NCBI GenBank assembly: GCA_964574605.1 | Contig: CAZNOK010000002.1 | Location: 1-59,424, forward strand | Source: an uncultured Verrucomicrobiota bacterium | GTDB taxonomy: Bacteria; Verrucomicrobiota; Verrucomicrobiia; Palsa-1439 | DNA: 59,424 bases | Reading direction: 5' to 3' | Notes under the pieces: model-generated | Database searches by the model: none | What the model was told of the DNA's origin: nothing | Seen by the model: the letters and a program-made list of their open reading frames with translations, nothing else | Shown here: positions 41,408 through 50,218 of the stretch, piece by piece | Layout: every line of letters begins with the position of its first letter | Position numbering within the stretch: the first letter of the stretch is position 1 | Position numbers and translations under genes: made by a program

Positions 41408-43017
41408 GGTTTCCGCGCATTGGCGGCAAGGCGGAAAAAGTTTTGCAGCAGACGTTTCCCGTGCGGATGCGCGTCGTCGTAACACTCCGGATGGAATTGC
41501 GTGCCGTAGACCGGTTTGCCGCGTCGCTTGAATGCCTGCATTTCACATTCCTCAGTCCGCGCCAGCAATTCAAAGTCCGGCGGCAGCGACTTGACCTTTC
41601 CGACGTGATACTCCTGAACCACAACGGTATCGGGCAACCCATCAAATAACGGGTCGCGTTTGAGAACTCGCACCGGCAGGAATCCCCACTCTTTGAATCG
41701 GCCGGGGTGATACTTCGGATGCGGGTCTTTCTCGCCCTCGCGCAACCGTCGCATCATCTCGGTATCTGTGCCGTGAGCAAGCGCGATGTGCTGGTGGCCG
41801 GCGCAAACGCCGATGACCGGAATGTTGCCTTCGCGAATGACCGCGAACAGATCTTGGCACAACGGCTTGACGCTCGGCGAGGTGGCGCCGGTCAACACGA
41901 TGGCCCGCAGATTGGGATTGGAAAAGTCTCCGCGCGTCAGTTCCGCGTGATGAACGACAATGCAAGGCTGGCGAGCCAATTCTTTCTCGATGCGACTGCG
42001 AAATTGCTCGATCTTGTCGGCGTGCGTCATTCCGCTGCTGCTGCCGCGGCGTGTGTTGGCGACGGCTTCCGGTCCCTCGATGTCCACCAGCATAACAAAC
42101 GGTTTCGTTTGCCGGCGCAGCACGCTCGGTTCCTGGCAGACCGCTCTGACCAGTTGCCGAATCCTTATGCGCGCTGCCGCTCGCGCCTTCGGCAATTCCC
42201 GCTCGGGATCAATGCCGGCCAGCCGGAAGAAGTTCTGCAGGATGCGTTGGCCGTCCGGATAGTTCTTGTTGAACCGCTCCGGCGCAAAGATCACGCCGTA
42301 GTGCGGGCGTTCGCGGTGACGGCAGACTTGCACGCGACATCCGTCGGTGCTGGCCAACACCTTGAACTCAGCCGGCAACGTTTTTACTTCCGAAGCGTGA
42401 TGCTGATAGATGGTGAAGGTTTCGCCCAAACCGTTGAACAACGGATCGCGTTCTGTCACCCGAACGGGAATGAAACCTGTTTCCTTGAAGTAGCCAGGCA
42501 GATACGACGGGTCGGGGTCGGTCTCGCCCGGTTTCAGTTTTCGCATGTTTCCGGTTTTGCCGCCGTAAGCCATCACCAAATGACCTTGCGCGCCGGCGAT
42601 GCACAACATCGGCGCGTTGCACGCTCGGATCAGCGCAAACAGATGCCTGTCCGCCGCCGCGCCGGCGGATTTCGTGCGCGGCCATACCAACACCGCTTTC
42701 AGATTGGGACGCGCCCAATCGCCGGGCGTCAACATCGAGGCGTGGAGCAACAGGCAGGGCAGCCCGGCAGTCTCCAACTCCAGACGGATTCGCACCGACT
42801 CCAGCGGATGCGCATTGGGCGGTCGGTCGCCGATTGATTTTCGGCGTTCGTCAGGATGTTCGGTGTCCAGCAGGCAAATCACGTCGTGGGTCGCCGCGCG
42901 CAAAGCCGCCACGCCGGGATAGATCTCTTCCAATGGCCGCGCCTTGCCGGCCTCCTGTGCCGGCGCATTCCACGCCAGCACCACACACAAAACCACCGAA
43001 CACCATAACGAGTTCAT
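41404..43017 (-). CDS. Secreted tandem class-I glutamine-amidotransferase-like (GATase1) protein; N-terminal copy degenerate
   Basis: Signal peptide MNSLWCSVVLCVVLAWNAPAQ. Two homologous halves. Half 2 keeps GVCAGHQHIALAHG and YGTQFHPE. Half 1 has CIAGAQGHLVMAYG and YGVIFAPE at the aligned positions. Confidence 0.7.
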   Translation of the reverse strand: MNSLWCSVVLCVVLAWNAPAQEAGKARPLEEIYPGVAALRAATHDVICLLDTEHPDERRKSIGDRPPNAHPLESVRIRLELETAGLPCLLLHASMLTPGDWARPNLKAVLVWPRTKSAGAAADRHLFALIRACNAPMLCIAGAQGHLVMAYGGKTGNMRKLKPGETDPDPSYLPGYFKETGFIPVRVTERDPLFNGLGETFTIYQHHASEVKTLPAEFKVLASTDGCRVQVCRHRERPHYGVIFAPERFNKNYPDGQRILQNFFRLAGIDPERELPKARAAARIRIRQLVRAVCQEPSVLRRQTKPFVMLVDIEGPEAVANTRRGSSSGMTHADKIEQFRSRIEKELARQPCIVVHHAELTRGDFSNPNLRAIVLTGATSPSVKPLCQDLFAVIREGNIPVIGVCAGHQHIALAHGTDTEMMRRLREGEKDPHPKYHPGRFKEWGFLPVRVLKRDPLFDGLPDTVVVQEYHVGKVKSLPPDFELLARTEECEMQAFKRRGKPVYGTQFHPECYDDAHPHGKRLLQNFFRLAANARKP

Positions 43018-43049
43018 GGCACATCAACCTCTCATTCTTGTTCTTGCAG

Positions 43050-46000
43050 CTATGGTTTGCTTACGCGCACATAACGACTCGCCGCATGGCGGGAGGCGAG
43101 GTCGCGCACGCGGATTTCCCAGACGCCGGGCTGGTCGTTGGAAGCAATGTCGAGCTTCAACTCCAACCGCCCGTTTTTCGCCCCGTAGTAACCGGTCCAT
43201 TCCTCGTCGCGGCCGCTCGCATCGCGAACCTCCACGCGCACCGGCACAACGGCGTTGAGCGGGCGTCGTTGCGAATTGACGACGGAAACCTGGCAGGCCA
43301 GTGACTGGCCGAGCGCCACTTTGTCGGCCGATTCGATGGCAATGCCGGCAATCGCTTCGTCAGTAACCATGAACACACGGCCTTCGCACGGGCCGAGTTG
43401 CGATTGAATCTGCAAGCGGCCACCCGTGTTGGCGGCGGGCACGGCGCGCCCGGCAATGAGGTCGTACACGAAACCGTGCGGTCGCTCCAGTGTAAGCGCG
43501 CTCTCCGAAGGCAAACCGTTTTCCATGACGAGTTCGAACTGGCCGACATAATCGCCAAACTCGCGCTTGTCGTTGACGACAAACAGATAGTCCGTCGTGC
43601 CGTAGGCGCGGCAGCGGGCGATCACATCGGGCGTGGAGGAATCGCTGTAACGGCGGTAGCGTTTGTCGAGCGCCTTGCGAAGCTCGGCGGCCTTCGCAAT
43701 CAGCGCGGCACGAGCCTGCTCCGCGTTGCGCGCGCGGTCGCCGCTCTGGACGACAATGTCCGCCTTGATCGCCGGGCAAAGACGCTCGTCGCCGACGATG
43801 ATGCCACCCTTTTTCTGAAACTCTTTCACCTTTGCGGCGACGGTCGCCGTAAGCACGTCGCAATCGAACATCACCAGCACGCGGAACCCATCGAGGCCGC
43901 GCTGCGCGATTGTCTCGTCAAAAACAATCTCCGGCTGCAACTGCGCCCACATCATCACATGATAACCGTCGCCGCCCCAGCCGCGTCCCCATCCGTACGT
44001 GCCGCGCCGGGCGAACATCTGCGAGGCGAAACTCTCCAGATACGCCACGTCGCTTTTGCGGTCGGGCACCTGCATCAAGGCCGGCCCGAGCGGTTCCACG
44101 ATTTCTTTGACCAACCGGCGCAGTTCGTGTTGCGTTTGCGGGTGCGTGTACCGGTACGAACTCTTGCTGCCCTCGACCGGCACGAGCGACTGCCAGCCGT
44201 GATACATGATGCCCTGAATCGGGCGCGCCATCTTCGTCCAGAACGCTTCCCGCAGATGCATCGGGGCAATGGTCGGGAATATCCTGTCCGGGTCGGTGTC
44301 CTCAAACACTGATTTGACCGCCTTCTTAATTTCGTCACCTTTCTTGGCCGGCATGGTCTGGTTGCGATACCAGATGATCTGAGTCATTTTCATCACCTGT
44401 TGCGGATGCGTTGCGCCGCGCGCCATGGCGAAGAGTTCATCCGTCGCCACACCGATGCGGATCGGGTCGGGATACGAATAGGTCCACTGCGAAATCGCGT
44501 CTGCCGCCCCGCCGCTGCCATAGACACTCGCCACGCGGACCGCCGGGTCGTGGAATGTCCAGAGATCGGTGCGTCCCGTGGACTTCAACCCGCGATGCAA
44601 CTCCGTGTTCAACACGTTCCAGCCGTCGCCAGTCTTCCAATACCACTGGCAGTACCGGTAAAGTGGATGATCGTCGGGGATCACACGGTCAGCGGGAAAA
44701 CCCTTCAAGTCCTGATATTTCACGCCTGACTTGGCGGTGACTTCGGCGGGAATATCCGCGCCGGTGGCCTTGCGGTAGGCGGCGCGGTCGTGATCGTGGT
44801 AGCACAGCCCGGCGCCGTCCCGCACCTCCGTGTGCAACAATGCCGCCTGCCATGCCGGGAACGCGCCATAGGTCTGCGCCATCGAGGCACCGATGTTGTA
44901 ACAAAATTTTTGCACTTCCGGGAACAGCCCGCACACTGCAGCTCGTTCCTCATTGCTCTTGCCCTTGCGGTCAATGCGACGGAACTCCTTCTTGCCGGCC
45001 GCCCAGCGACCGGGCGAAAGGCTGCTGCAAATGCCAAAGCCGTTCGCCAGCGCGATGTTCAGCATCCGTTTGTGCTCTGCCACCTGTTCAGGGTCATCGG
45101 CAAGAACCGGCTTGCCCGCTTGGAAAATCGAGCCGTTGTCAGCCCCCATCCCCAAACAATGCGTGAACCCAATCTGTTTCAACCGGGGCAGTTCCTTCAA
45201 CACGTTGCCCGCGCCGACACCCCACATCAACACCGCCATCCGTTGCGGCAACGGTCGCGACACGATGGTCACCGGAAATGATTCCTCGCTCGTGTACGGT
45301 TTGTCGCCCGCGATCCGGATGCTCGCCCGCACCTTGTATTCGCCGGGCCGCAACGTCGTGTCGAACGGGAACCCGACCGTGTGCATCGCGCCCGCGTCAA
45401 GTTCCGGTAATGTTCCGGTTTTCGCGGGAGCGCCTTCGAGCGCGAAACTGACGGTGGCGCCCTTGAGTTTTGTCCGCTGCAAGTTCGTGACGGCGAATTG
45501 CAGCGCGGCTCCTTTTTCCATGCGAACAAACACATTCCGCTCGGAAACGGCTCCGAACATCGCTGTGCGAAACTCCAGCACGCCATTGCAGATCCGGACC
45601 TGCGCGATGTAACCGGGGAAACCGTGATGAAGGCTCCCTACCCTGTCACCGATGTTGAGCGGATGCTTGCCCGCCACGATGCTGCCGCGATCCGGTTTCG
45701 TGCTGCCGCCGAACACTGCGCCATCGCGATAAAACCGGCCTTCGCCGGCCCCATTGTAAGTGAACGCGACGTGATACCACTTCCCGACTTCAAACTTCGC
45801 CGACTCCGAGCCGAACGACTCCGAACTGTCGCCGAACCCCAGCCGCATGACCAAGTGACGCGGTCCACCACCCTTGCCCGCTGCGCTCAATACGAACTGG
45901 TAGTCGGTATCGGCCACATATTTCTTGTCCAGCAACATCGCTTCTGGATAACCTTCCAATTCCTTCTTCGGCTTGATCCACATCTCAATCGTGAACGCGC

Positions 46001-46469
46001 CCTTCGGCGTCAACACCGGCTTGTTCGCGACGATGGCCGCGTGCTTCTTGTCCTCGAACGGATGGCCGCGATACGATTCCAGGCACGACCCGAACTTGCC
46101 GTCTTTCGCGATGACTGCTCCCTGAAGTTTCAGATGCAATTTGTTCGATGACGAATCATTTGTCTCCGCACCGACCCGGAACTGCCAGAGACCGATCACG
46201 TCCTTGCCGGTGGCGGATGCTCCCGTGTAAATGCCCTGCCACGGCTCGCTCAGTCGTGGCGCCGCCATCGCAGTCAGGGCAAGGAATAGGACAAGCAATT
46301 GTAGGGCAACCGCTCCGGTTGCCGCTGTTTTCCCCCGTGGCAAGCGAGGCGCTTGCCCTACAACACTCCCGGTAGGGCCGACCCGCCGGGTCACCCGCGG
46401 GCGTGAATCCCGTTGAAACGGTCGAGCCGGCGGCTCGCCCCTACCACTACGGATGGCGATCCGTTTCAT
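43050..46469 (-). CDS. Large secreted LamG-domain protein with glycoside-hydrolase-like TIM barrel and GATase1-like (GH42 trimerisation-type) module
   Basis: ATG 46469 lies 1 nt after the upstream stop. LamG block (FTIEMWIKPKK...WYHVAFTYNGAGEGRFYRDGAVFG...YIAQVRICNGV). C-terminal GFRVLVMFDCDVLTATVAAKVKEFQKKGGIIVG. The N-terminal 55 aa are encoded by two REP-like elements that precede the hydrophobic core AVALQLLVLFLALTAMAAP. Confidence 0.6.
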   Translation of the reverse strand: MKRIAIRSGRGEPPARPFQRDSRPRVTRRVGPTGSVVGQAPRLPRGKTAATGAVALQLLVLFLALTAMAAPRLSEPWQGIYTGASATGKDVIGLWQFRVGAETNDSSSNKLHLKLQGAVIAKDGKFGSCLESYRGHPFEDKKHAAIVANKPVLTPKGAFTIEMWIKPKKELEGYPEAMLLDKKYVADTDYQFVLSAAGKGGGPRHLVMRLGFGDSSESFGSESAKFEVGKWYHVAFTYNGAGEGRFYRDGAVFGGSTKPDRGSIVAGKHPLNIGDRVGSLHHGFPGYIAQVRICNGVLEFRTAMFGAVSERNVFVRMEKGAALQFAVTNLQRTKLKGATVSFALEGAPAKTGTLPELDAGAMHTVGFPFDTTLRPGEYKVRASIRIAGDKPYTSEESFPVTIVSRPLPQRMAVLMWGVGAGNVLKELPRLKQIGFTHCLGMGADNGSIFQAGKPVLADDPEQVAEHKRMLNIALANGFGICSSLSPGRWAAGKKEFRRIDRKGKSNEERAAVCGLFPEVQKFCYNIGASMAQTYGAFPAWQAALLHTEVRDGAGLCYHDHDRAAYRKATGADIPAEVTAKSGVKYQDLKGFPADRVIPDDHPLYRYCQWYWKTGDGWNVLNTELHRGLKSTGRTDLWTFHDPAVRVASVYGSGGAADAISQWTYSYPDPIRIGVATDELFAMARGATHPQQVMKMTQIIWYRNQTMPAKKGDEIKKAVKSVFEDTDPDRIFPTIAPMHLREAFWTKMARPIQGIMYHGWQSLVPVEGSKSSYRYTHPQTQHELRRLVKEIVEPLGPALMQVPDRKSDVAYLESFASQMFARRGTYGWGRGWGGDGYHVMMWAQLQPEIVFDETIAQRGLDGFRVLVMFDCDVLTATVAAKVKEFQKKGGIIVGDERLCPAIKADIVVQSGDRARNAEQARAALIAKAAELRKALDKRYRRYSDSSTPDVIARCRAYGTTDYLFVVNDKREFGDYVGQFELVMENGLPSESALTLERPHGFVYDLIAGRAVPAANTGGRLQIQSQLGPCEGRVFMVTDEAIAGIAIESADKVALGQSLACQVSVVNSQRRPLNAVVPVRVEVRDASGRDEEWTGYYGAKNGRLELKLDIASNDQPGVWEIRVRDLASRHAASRYVRVSKP
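46300..46362. repeat. REP-like double-hairpin element, copy C1 (TGTAGGGCAA...TTGCCCTACA)
   Basis: Inverted ends TGTAGGGCAA/TTGCCCTACA. Internal hairpins GGCAACC-GCTCC-GGTTGCC and GGCAAGCG-AGG-CGCTTGCC. It lies inside the 5' end of ORF 43050..46469. Confidence 0.75.
46371..46445 (-). repeat. REP-like double-hairpin element, copy C2
   Basis: The reverse complement starts GGTAGGGGCGAGCCGCCGGCTCG, identical to the first 23 nt of copies A and B. It ends GACCCG-C-CGGGTC...GGCCCTACC. Confidence 0.75.
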
Positions 46470-46470
46470 G

Positions 46471-47181
46471 TTACTTCCCAAGCTGCGCTTTGATGCTGGT
46501 GACAACCAGTTCCGCGAGCTTCTTCGAACCATCCGTGTGGAAATGGACGTTCTTCGGAAGCTGAATCTCGGCGAGATGCGCCGCGGCGTAAGCGTGCAGG
46601 TCGTCAATGGCGACGCCGTTTTCCTTCATGATCTTCGCCGCGACCTGATTGTATTCGACCTCGGCCCCTTTGATACGCCCATCACAACCGTCCGGCACCG
46701 GTGTGGTCGCGCACCAGATCAACTTCGCGCCGGTCTTCTTCATGCGCGCAACGAGTTCGCGAAGGTTCTTCTCGTAAACTGGCAACGGATTGACCTGTTT
46801 GCCTTTGTCGGGCGTGGCGAGTTTCTTGTTCGCGTCGAAATACTTCAAGTCGTGGAGGCCCCAGTTGAAATGAATCACGTCCCACTTCCCGGTGCCGAGC
46901 CACGAATCGAGTGATTCGAGTCCCTTCGTGGTGTCGCCGCAATTCGTCGGTGCGCGGTGGACATTGGCCACGCCCTTGAGAAGTTCGCGCACCGGCACCG
47001 TGTAGCCCATCGAGATCGAATCACCGATGAGCATCACGCGCGGCAACCCGGCAACATCCTCGACCTTCTCCAACGAAGGACTGGGTTTCTTGGGCCGGCT
47101 CGTCTTGGTGGACTTGGTGGCGGCGGTGACAGTGAGTGGCAACAACGCAACGATGGCGAGAGCGATAAGGTAACGTTTCAT
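46471..47181 (-). CDS. Secreted SGNH/GDSL-family hydrolase
   Basis: Signal peptide MKRYLIALAIVALLPLTVTAA. Block I is VMLIGDSISMGY. WDVIHFNWGLHDLK is also present. The C-terminus has DGSKKLAE, which I did not align to a catalytic block. Confidence 0.8.
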   Translation of the reverse strand: MKRYLIALAIVALLPLTVTAATKSTKTSRPKKPSPSLEKVEDVAGLPRVMLIGDSISMGYTVPVRELLKGVANVHRAPTNCGDTTKGLESLDSWLGTGKWDVIHFNWGLHDLKYFDANKKLATPDKGKQVNPLPVYEKNLRELVARMKKTGAKLIWCATTPVPDGCDGRIKGAEVEYNQVAAKIMKENGVAIDDLHAYAAAHLAEIQLPKNVHFHTDGSKKLAELVVTSIKAQLGK

Positions 47182-47428
47182 AGTGGCGCGAGATTGTCAC
47201 AACCCCGCCAGCAAGGCAAGCCGCGAAGCGTAGCGGATGCAGTTCAATCCTTTAAGCCGGAACGCCGTCGTCTCGACGGTTTCAGACCAGACTCCGACCG
47301 CCGGTACGGCGGCGCTCCTCTCGCTGACCGAAACAACGGAACGGTGCAACCCGTCACAACCTGACTCATCGTCTATGGACATAATTCGCATGCAGTGCTG
47401 AAATGACGCGAGCATGCAAGACAGGCAA

Positions 47429-48223
47429 TCAGTCTCGAAAAACGTATTCGCGATGGTAGGCCAAACATGCCGGGTCAGGTTCGGCAAGTTTGTCGGGCGG
47501 ACGAATCACCCTGCCCTCGAACTTCACGAAATTGTGCTTCAACGACAGTTGGGGAAGATAACGTTTGAGTCGTTTACTGAGCACCACACGATATTTCTCA
47601 TCGAGCGTGATCAAACCATCATCAAAGGCGGCATCGTGCAACGACGAGAGGCACAGCCCGTTGCGCGGATTGAGCCGGTCACTCGGAAAGTCGCGCCACG
47701 GTTTGATGTGGCTGGCCACCAACAACCGCGGCACGCAAATTCCGGTGATGCAACACCGAACACTGTAGGCATTGAGGATTGCTTGACGAAAGAACTGTTG
47801 GCCACGACGTGCGCACACAGTTGTTCGTACCTCGGTTGGCCCCGACGGTTGCACCAGTCGCACTCGGTCGCGTTGGAGGAAATCCACTTCACGGTCATCA
47901 GCGGTGGTAAAGAGATTGTGCAGCAATTGCTCGCTTTTGGGACCGAGCGTCGCCACGTTAGCTTGAAACTCGTCCCACACTGTCTTGTCCTGTCTGGATG
48001 CCTTCGACAATCCACGCACACCACGCGCCAGTTGCACGGGATCGAGCGAGGCGAAGTTGCACAGCTTCATCGCGAGACTGTTGGATGTGCGTCCCATCTT
48101 GCCGGCAACCTCAATGATAATCGGATTGCGTCCGTGCAGTTTCCCAAAGGGAAGCTTGCAATACAGATTGAGCGCCATCAGCAGGTGCTCACGTGTCCAT
48201 TTCACGTTAGTCGCTCTTGTCAT
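47429..48223 (-). CDS. HNH endonuclease (HNH_2-type, restriction-endonuclease-like)
   Basis: Start chosen at MTRATNVKW (ATG 48223). The HNH core is RCCITGICVPRLLVASHIKPWRDFPSDRLNPRNGLCLSSLHDAAFDDGLITLDEKYRVVLS. Composition is lower in GC than the neighbours. Confidence 0.75.
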   Translation of the reverse strand: MTRATNVKWTREHLLMALNLYCKLPFGKLHGRNPIIIEVAGKMGRTSNSLAMKLCNFASLDPVQLARGVRGLSKASRQDKTVWDEFQANVATLGPKSEQLLHNLFTTADDREVDFLQRDRVRLVQPSGPTEVRTTVCARRGQQFFRQAILNAYSVRCCITGICVPRLLVASHIKPWRDFPSDRLNPRNGLCLSSLHDAAFDDGLITLDEKYRVVLSKRLKRYLPQLSLKHNFVKFEGRVIRPPDKLAEPDPACLAYHREYVFRD

Positions 48224-48288
48224 GGGCCAAGTGTAGCGGTGTTGTTCTCTGAGACCAATCAGAAATATCATTTCAGCATTACCAGACG

Positions 48289-48444
48289 ATGAACAAGGAA
48301 CAAGAATACGATACCGAATTCCCCGACCCGGCAGCCGTTTTCGCGTGTGCGCTGTCGCTCTGGCAAGCATGCCACAAATGTGAGGCGGTGGAACCGTCTC
48401 TAAACCTTAGTGCAGCAAATCATAAGTTCGTTCCGAGTTTTTGA
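48289..48444 (+). pseudogene. N-terminal fragment of an unknown gene split by the IS630-family insertion
   Basis: ATG 48289 opens MNKEQEYDTEFPDPAAVFACALSLWQACHKCEAVEPSLNLS. The frame then reads into the IS end (AANHKFVPSF*) and stops at 48442-48444. It is not in the ORF track because it is shorter than 60 aa. Confidence 0.65.
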
Positions 48445-49670
48445 CGCGTGGGGTGGGCGGTGCAACGTTGCTCTCACCAAGGAGGAATTGACCAATGCCC
48501 CGAGGACCGAAGCCCATCTGTCGGGTCTGTCTCACGGCGCAGCAACGTCGCTGTCTCCAGCACCTGGCGCGGCAGACAACGGCGGCTTATGCGCGGGTCG
48601 TGCGCGCCAAGATCGTGCTGACCGCCGCCGAGCATCCGCTCTGGACCCATGCGGCCATCGCGCAGCAAGTGGGCTGCTCCGACCGCACGGTACGCAAGTG
48701 GCGCGCCCGCTGGCGCGACACCCATCTGTTGGCCGACCAAGCACGGGGTGGTTGTCCACGCCTTTTTTCCCTCGGCCCAGCGCGCACAACTGACTGCGCT
48801 GGCCGGCACGCTGCCGCGTGACTTTGGCAAACCGCTGTCGCGTTGGTCGGCGACTGAATTGGCGCGCGTCGCCCGCCAGCAACACATCGTCAAGCGGATC
48901 TCACCCGCGACGGTGCAGCGCTGGCTGAGAGCCGAGCGCATCAAACCGTGGCAATATCGGAGTTGGCAGCAGTCGCCGGATCCGAGGTTTTTGGAGAAGG
49001 CGCTGCCGATTCTGCGATTGTATGAACGCGCGCAAGCCTTGGCCCGGGCGGGCCATCTGGTGGTGTGCGTGGACGAGAAAACTTCGATTCAGGCACGCCA
49101 ACTGGAGGGCGGCGTCCGTCCGGCACGGCACGGCGGCACGCTGCGGGTAGGAGACCGCTATCGGCGGCGTGGCGCGCTGCAATTATTTGCGGCGTTGTCG
49201 GTGGCGGGTGGGGAAACGCTGGCGCGCTGTTACGCAACTAAACGCTTTGTCGAGTTTCAGAACTTTCTGCGAATGATGTTTGCGAGCGTGTGGTGTCGAG
49301 CGGTGCGCTGTCTGCACCTGATTCTGGACAATGGTTCCACGCATGCGCCGCGGCAACTGTCGGAGTGGATTGGCGGCTTGGAACTGGGTTTTGAGGTGCG
49401 GCTGCACTGGCTGCCCGTTCACGCCTCGTGGTTGGATCAGATTGAGATTGTGTTCAGCCAAGTACAAAGGAAAGTGCTGACTCCGAATCACTATCACAGC
49501 GTTGGTGACCTGGAGCGGACGCTGATGGCGCATTTCACGCAACGCAACCGAAGGCCCGTGCCGATTCAGTGGAGTTACACCGTGGAAAAACTGTTGCAGC
49601 GGCGCCGCCTCAGACAGCCGCTGTGTCTGGCGGTCTAAACAACTCGGAACGAATTTGAGATTTCATGTAC
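48410..49670 (+). mobile_element. IS630-family insertion sequence (about 1.26 kb)
   Basis: Imperfect terminal inverted repeats: left GTGCAGCAAATCATAAGTTCGTTCCGAGTT (from 48410); the reverse complement of the right end is GTACATGAAATCTCAAATTCGTTCCGAGTT (to 49670). Flanks are ...CCTTA | IS | TTAGTG..., consistent with a TA/TTA target duplication. It encodes a DDE transposase. Confidence 0.8.
48495..49638 (+). CDS. IS630-family DDE transposase, two frames joined at a T6 run (programmed +1 shift or 1-nt indel)
   Basis: AAGGAGGA RBS at 48478-48485. The orfA HTH part is 48495..48821 and the orfB part is 48649..49638. Removing one T of T6 (48763-48768) yields the continuous ...GGCPRLFPSAQRAQLTALA.... 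DDE residues are in VVCVDEKTSIQ, LILDNGSTH and ASWLDQIEIVF. Confidence 0.75.
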
Positions 49671-50218
49671 TTAGTGAAGCTTATCGCGGCATGGATCAAC
49701 TCATGCGTGAGATTATGCGGACTGCAACGGAGTTTGAAATCTGGGCTTGCGACCACATCCGATTCGACGCGCTAGAAGCTGTATGGCCATATTTGCTGGA
49801 AGACCGGTTTGGTAACGGCTGCTTAGCAGTGCTGTTGCCAACCGGGCTAACCGATTTCGACGAGACGGACTGTCTTCGTGTCGCTTTGCACCTGCATTTA
49901 CCAATCAGATTGGATGATAAACTCCGTCTCCCCATCTTCCTACGAGCACCGAATCCCGTCATCGGGTCCGCCTTTCGTGAAATTCAGATTCAGACGATGC
50001 GCAATTCAGCCGAAGATAACGAAGCAAGTCCGTTCACTTTCGGCGACGAACCTTTCGATGAGGAATTTGGACCGCCCTATTTCGTTCTGTATGGAATCGC
50101 CGAAGATGGACTTTTAGATTACATTACAGATCGACAGACTTACTCGCAGATTTTAAGTCTCGCACAAAAGCTTTTCCCCGGCGTGACATTTCCCAACGAA
50201 CCAATCGTTTCACAATAA
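49670..50218 (+). pseudogene. C-terminal fragment of the gene split by the IS (about 180 aa, unknown function)
   Basis: The frame of ORF 49655..50218 continues the 48289 frame exactly across the IS: ...SLNLS | (L S) EAYRGMDQLMREIMRTATEFEIWACDH.... Composition is lower in GC. No recognisable domain. Confidence 0.65.

Noticed and set aside
41408-41485. ATG 41485 as the start of the PD40 propeller gene.
   Set aside because: It would overlap the upstream GATase1 gene by 82 nt and add an Arg-rich, non-signal N-terminus. GTG 41407 gives a GTGA stop/start overlap and an immediately hydrophobic N-terminus. This call remains uncertain.
47182-47428. The intergenic stretch before the HNH gene, plus 21757-22100 and 50219-50378, scanned for tRNA genes, att-like repeats or terminators that would mark island borders.
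   Set aside because: I found only short hairpins (for example CCGTCG-TCT-CGACGG and GCATGC...GCATGC). There is no cloverleaf-compatible sequence and no matching direct repeats, so island borders cannot be defined from this window.
48406-48412. An apparent 7-bp direct repeat CTTAGTG flanking the IS (48406-48412 and 49670-49676), considered as the target-site duplication.
   Set aside because: The GTG part is better explained as the first three bases of the IS left terminal repeat (GTGCA.. versus GTACA..), which leaves a TA/TTA duplication typical of IS630/Tc1-like elements. Both models restore the same pre-insertion sequence, so the ambiguity does not affect the split-gene conclusion.
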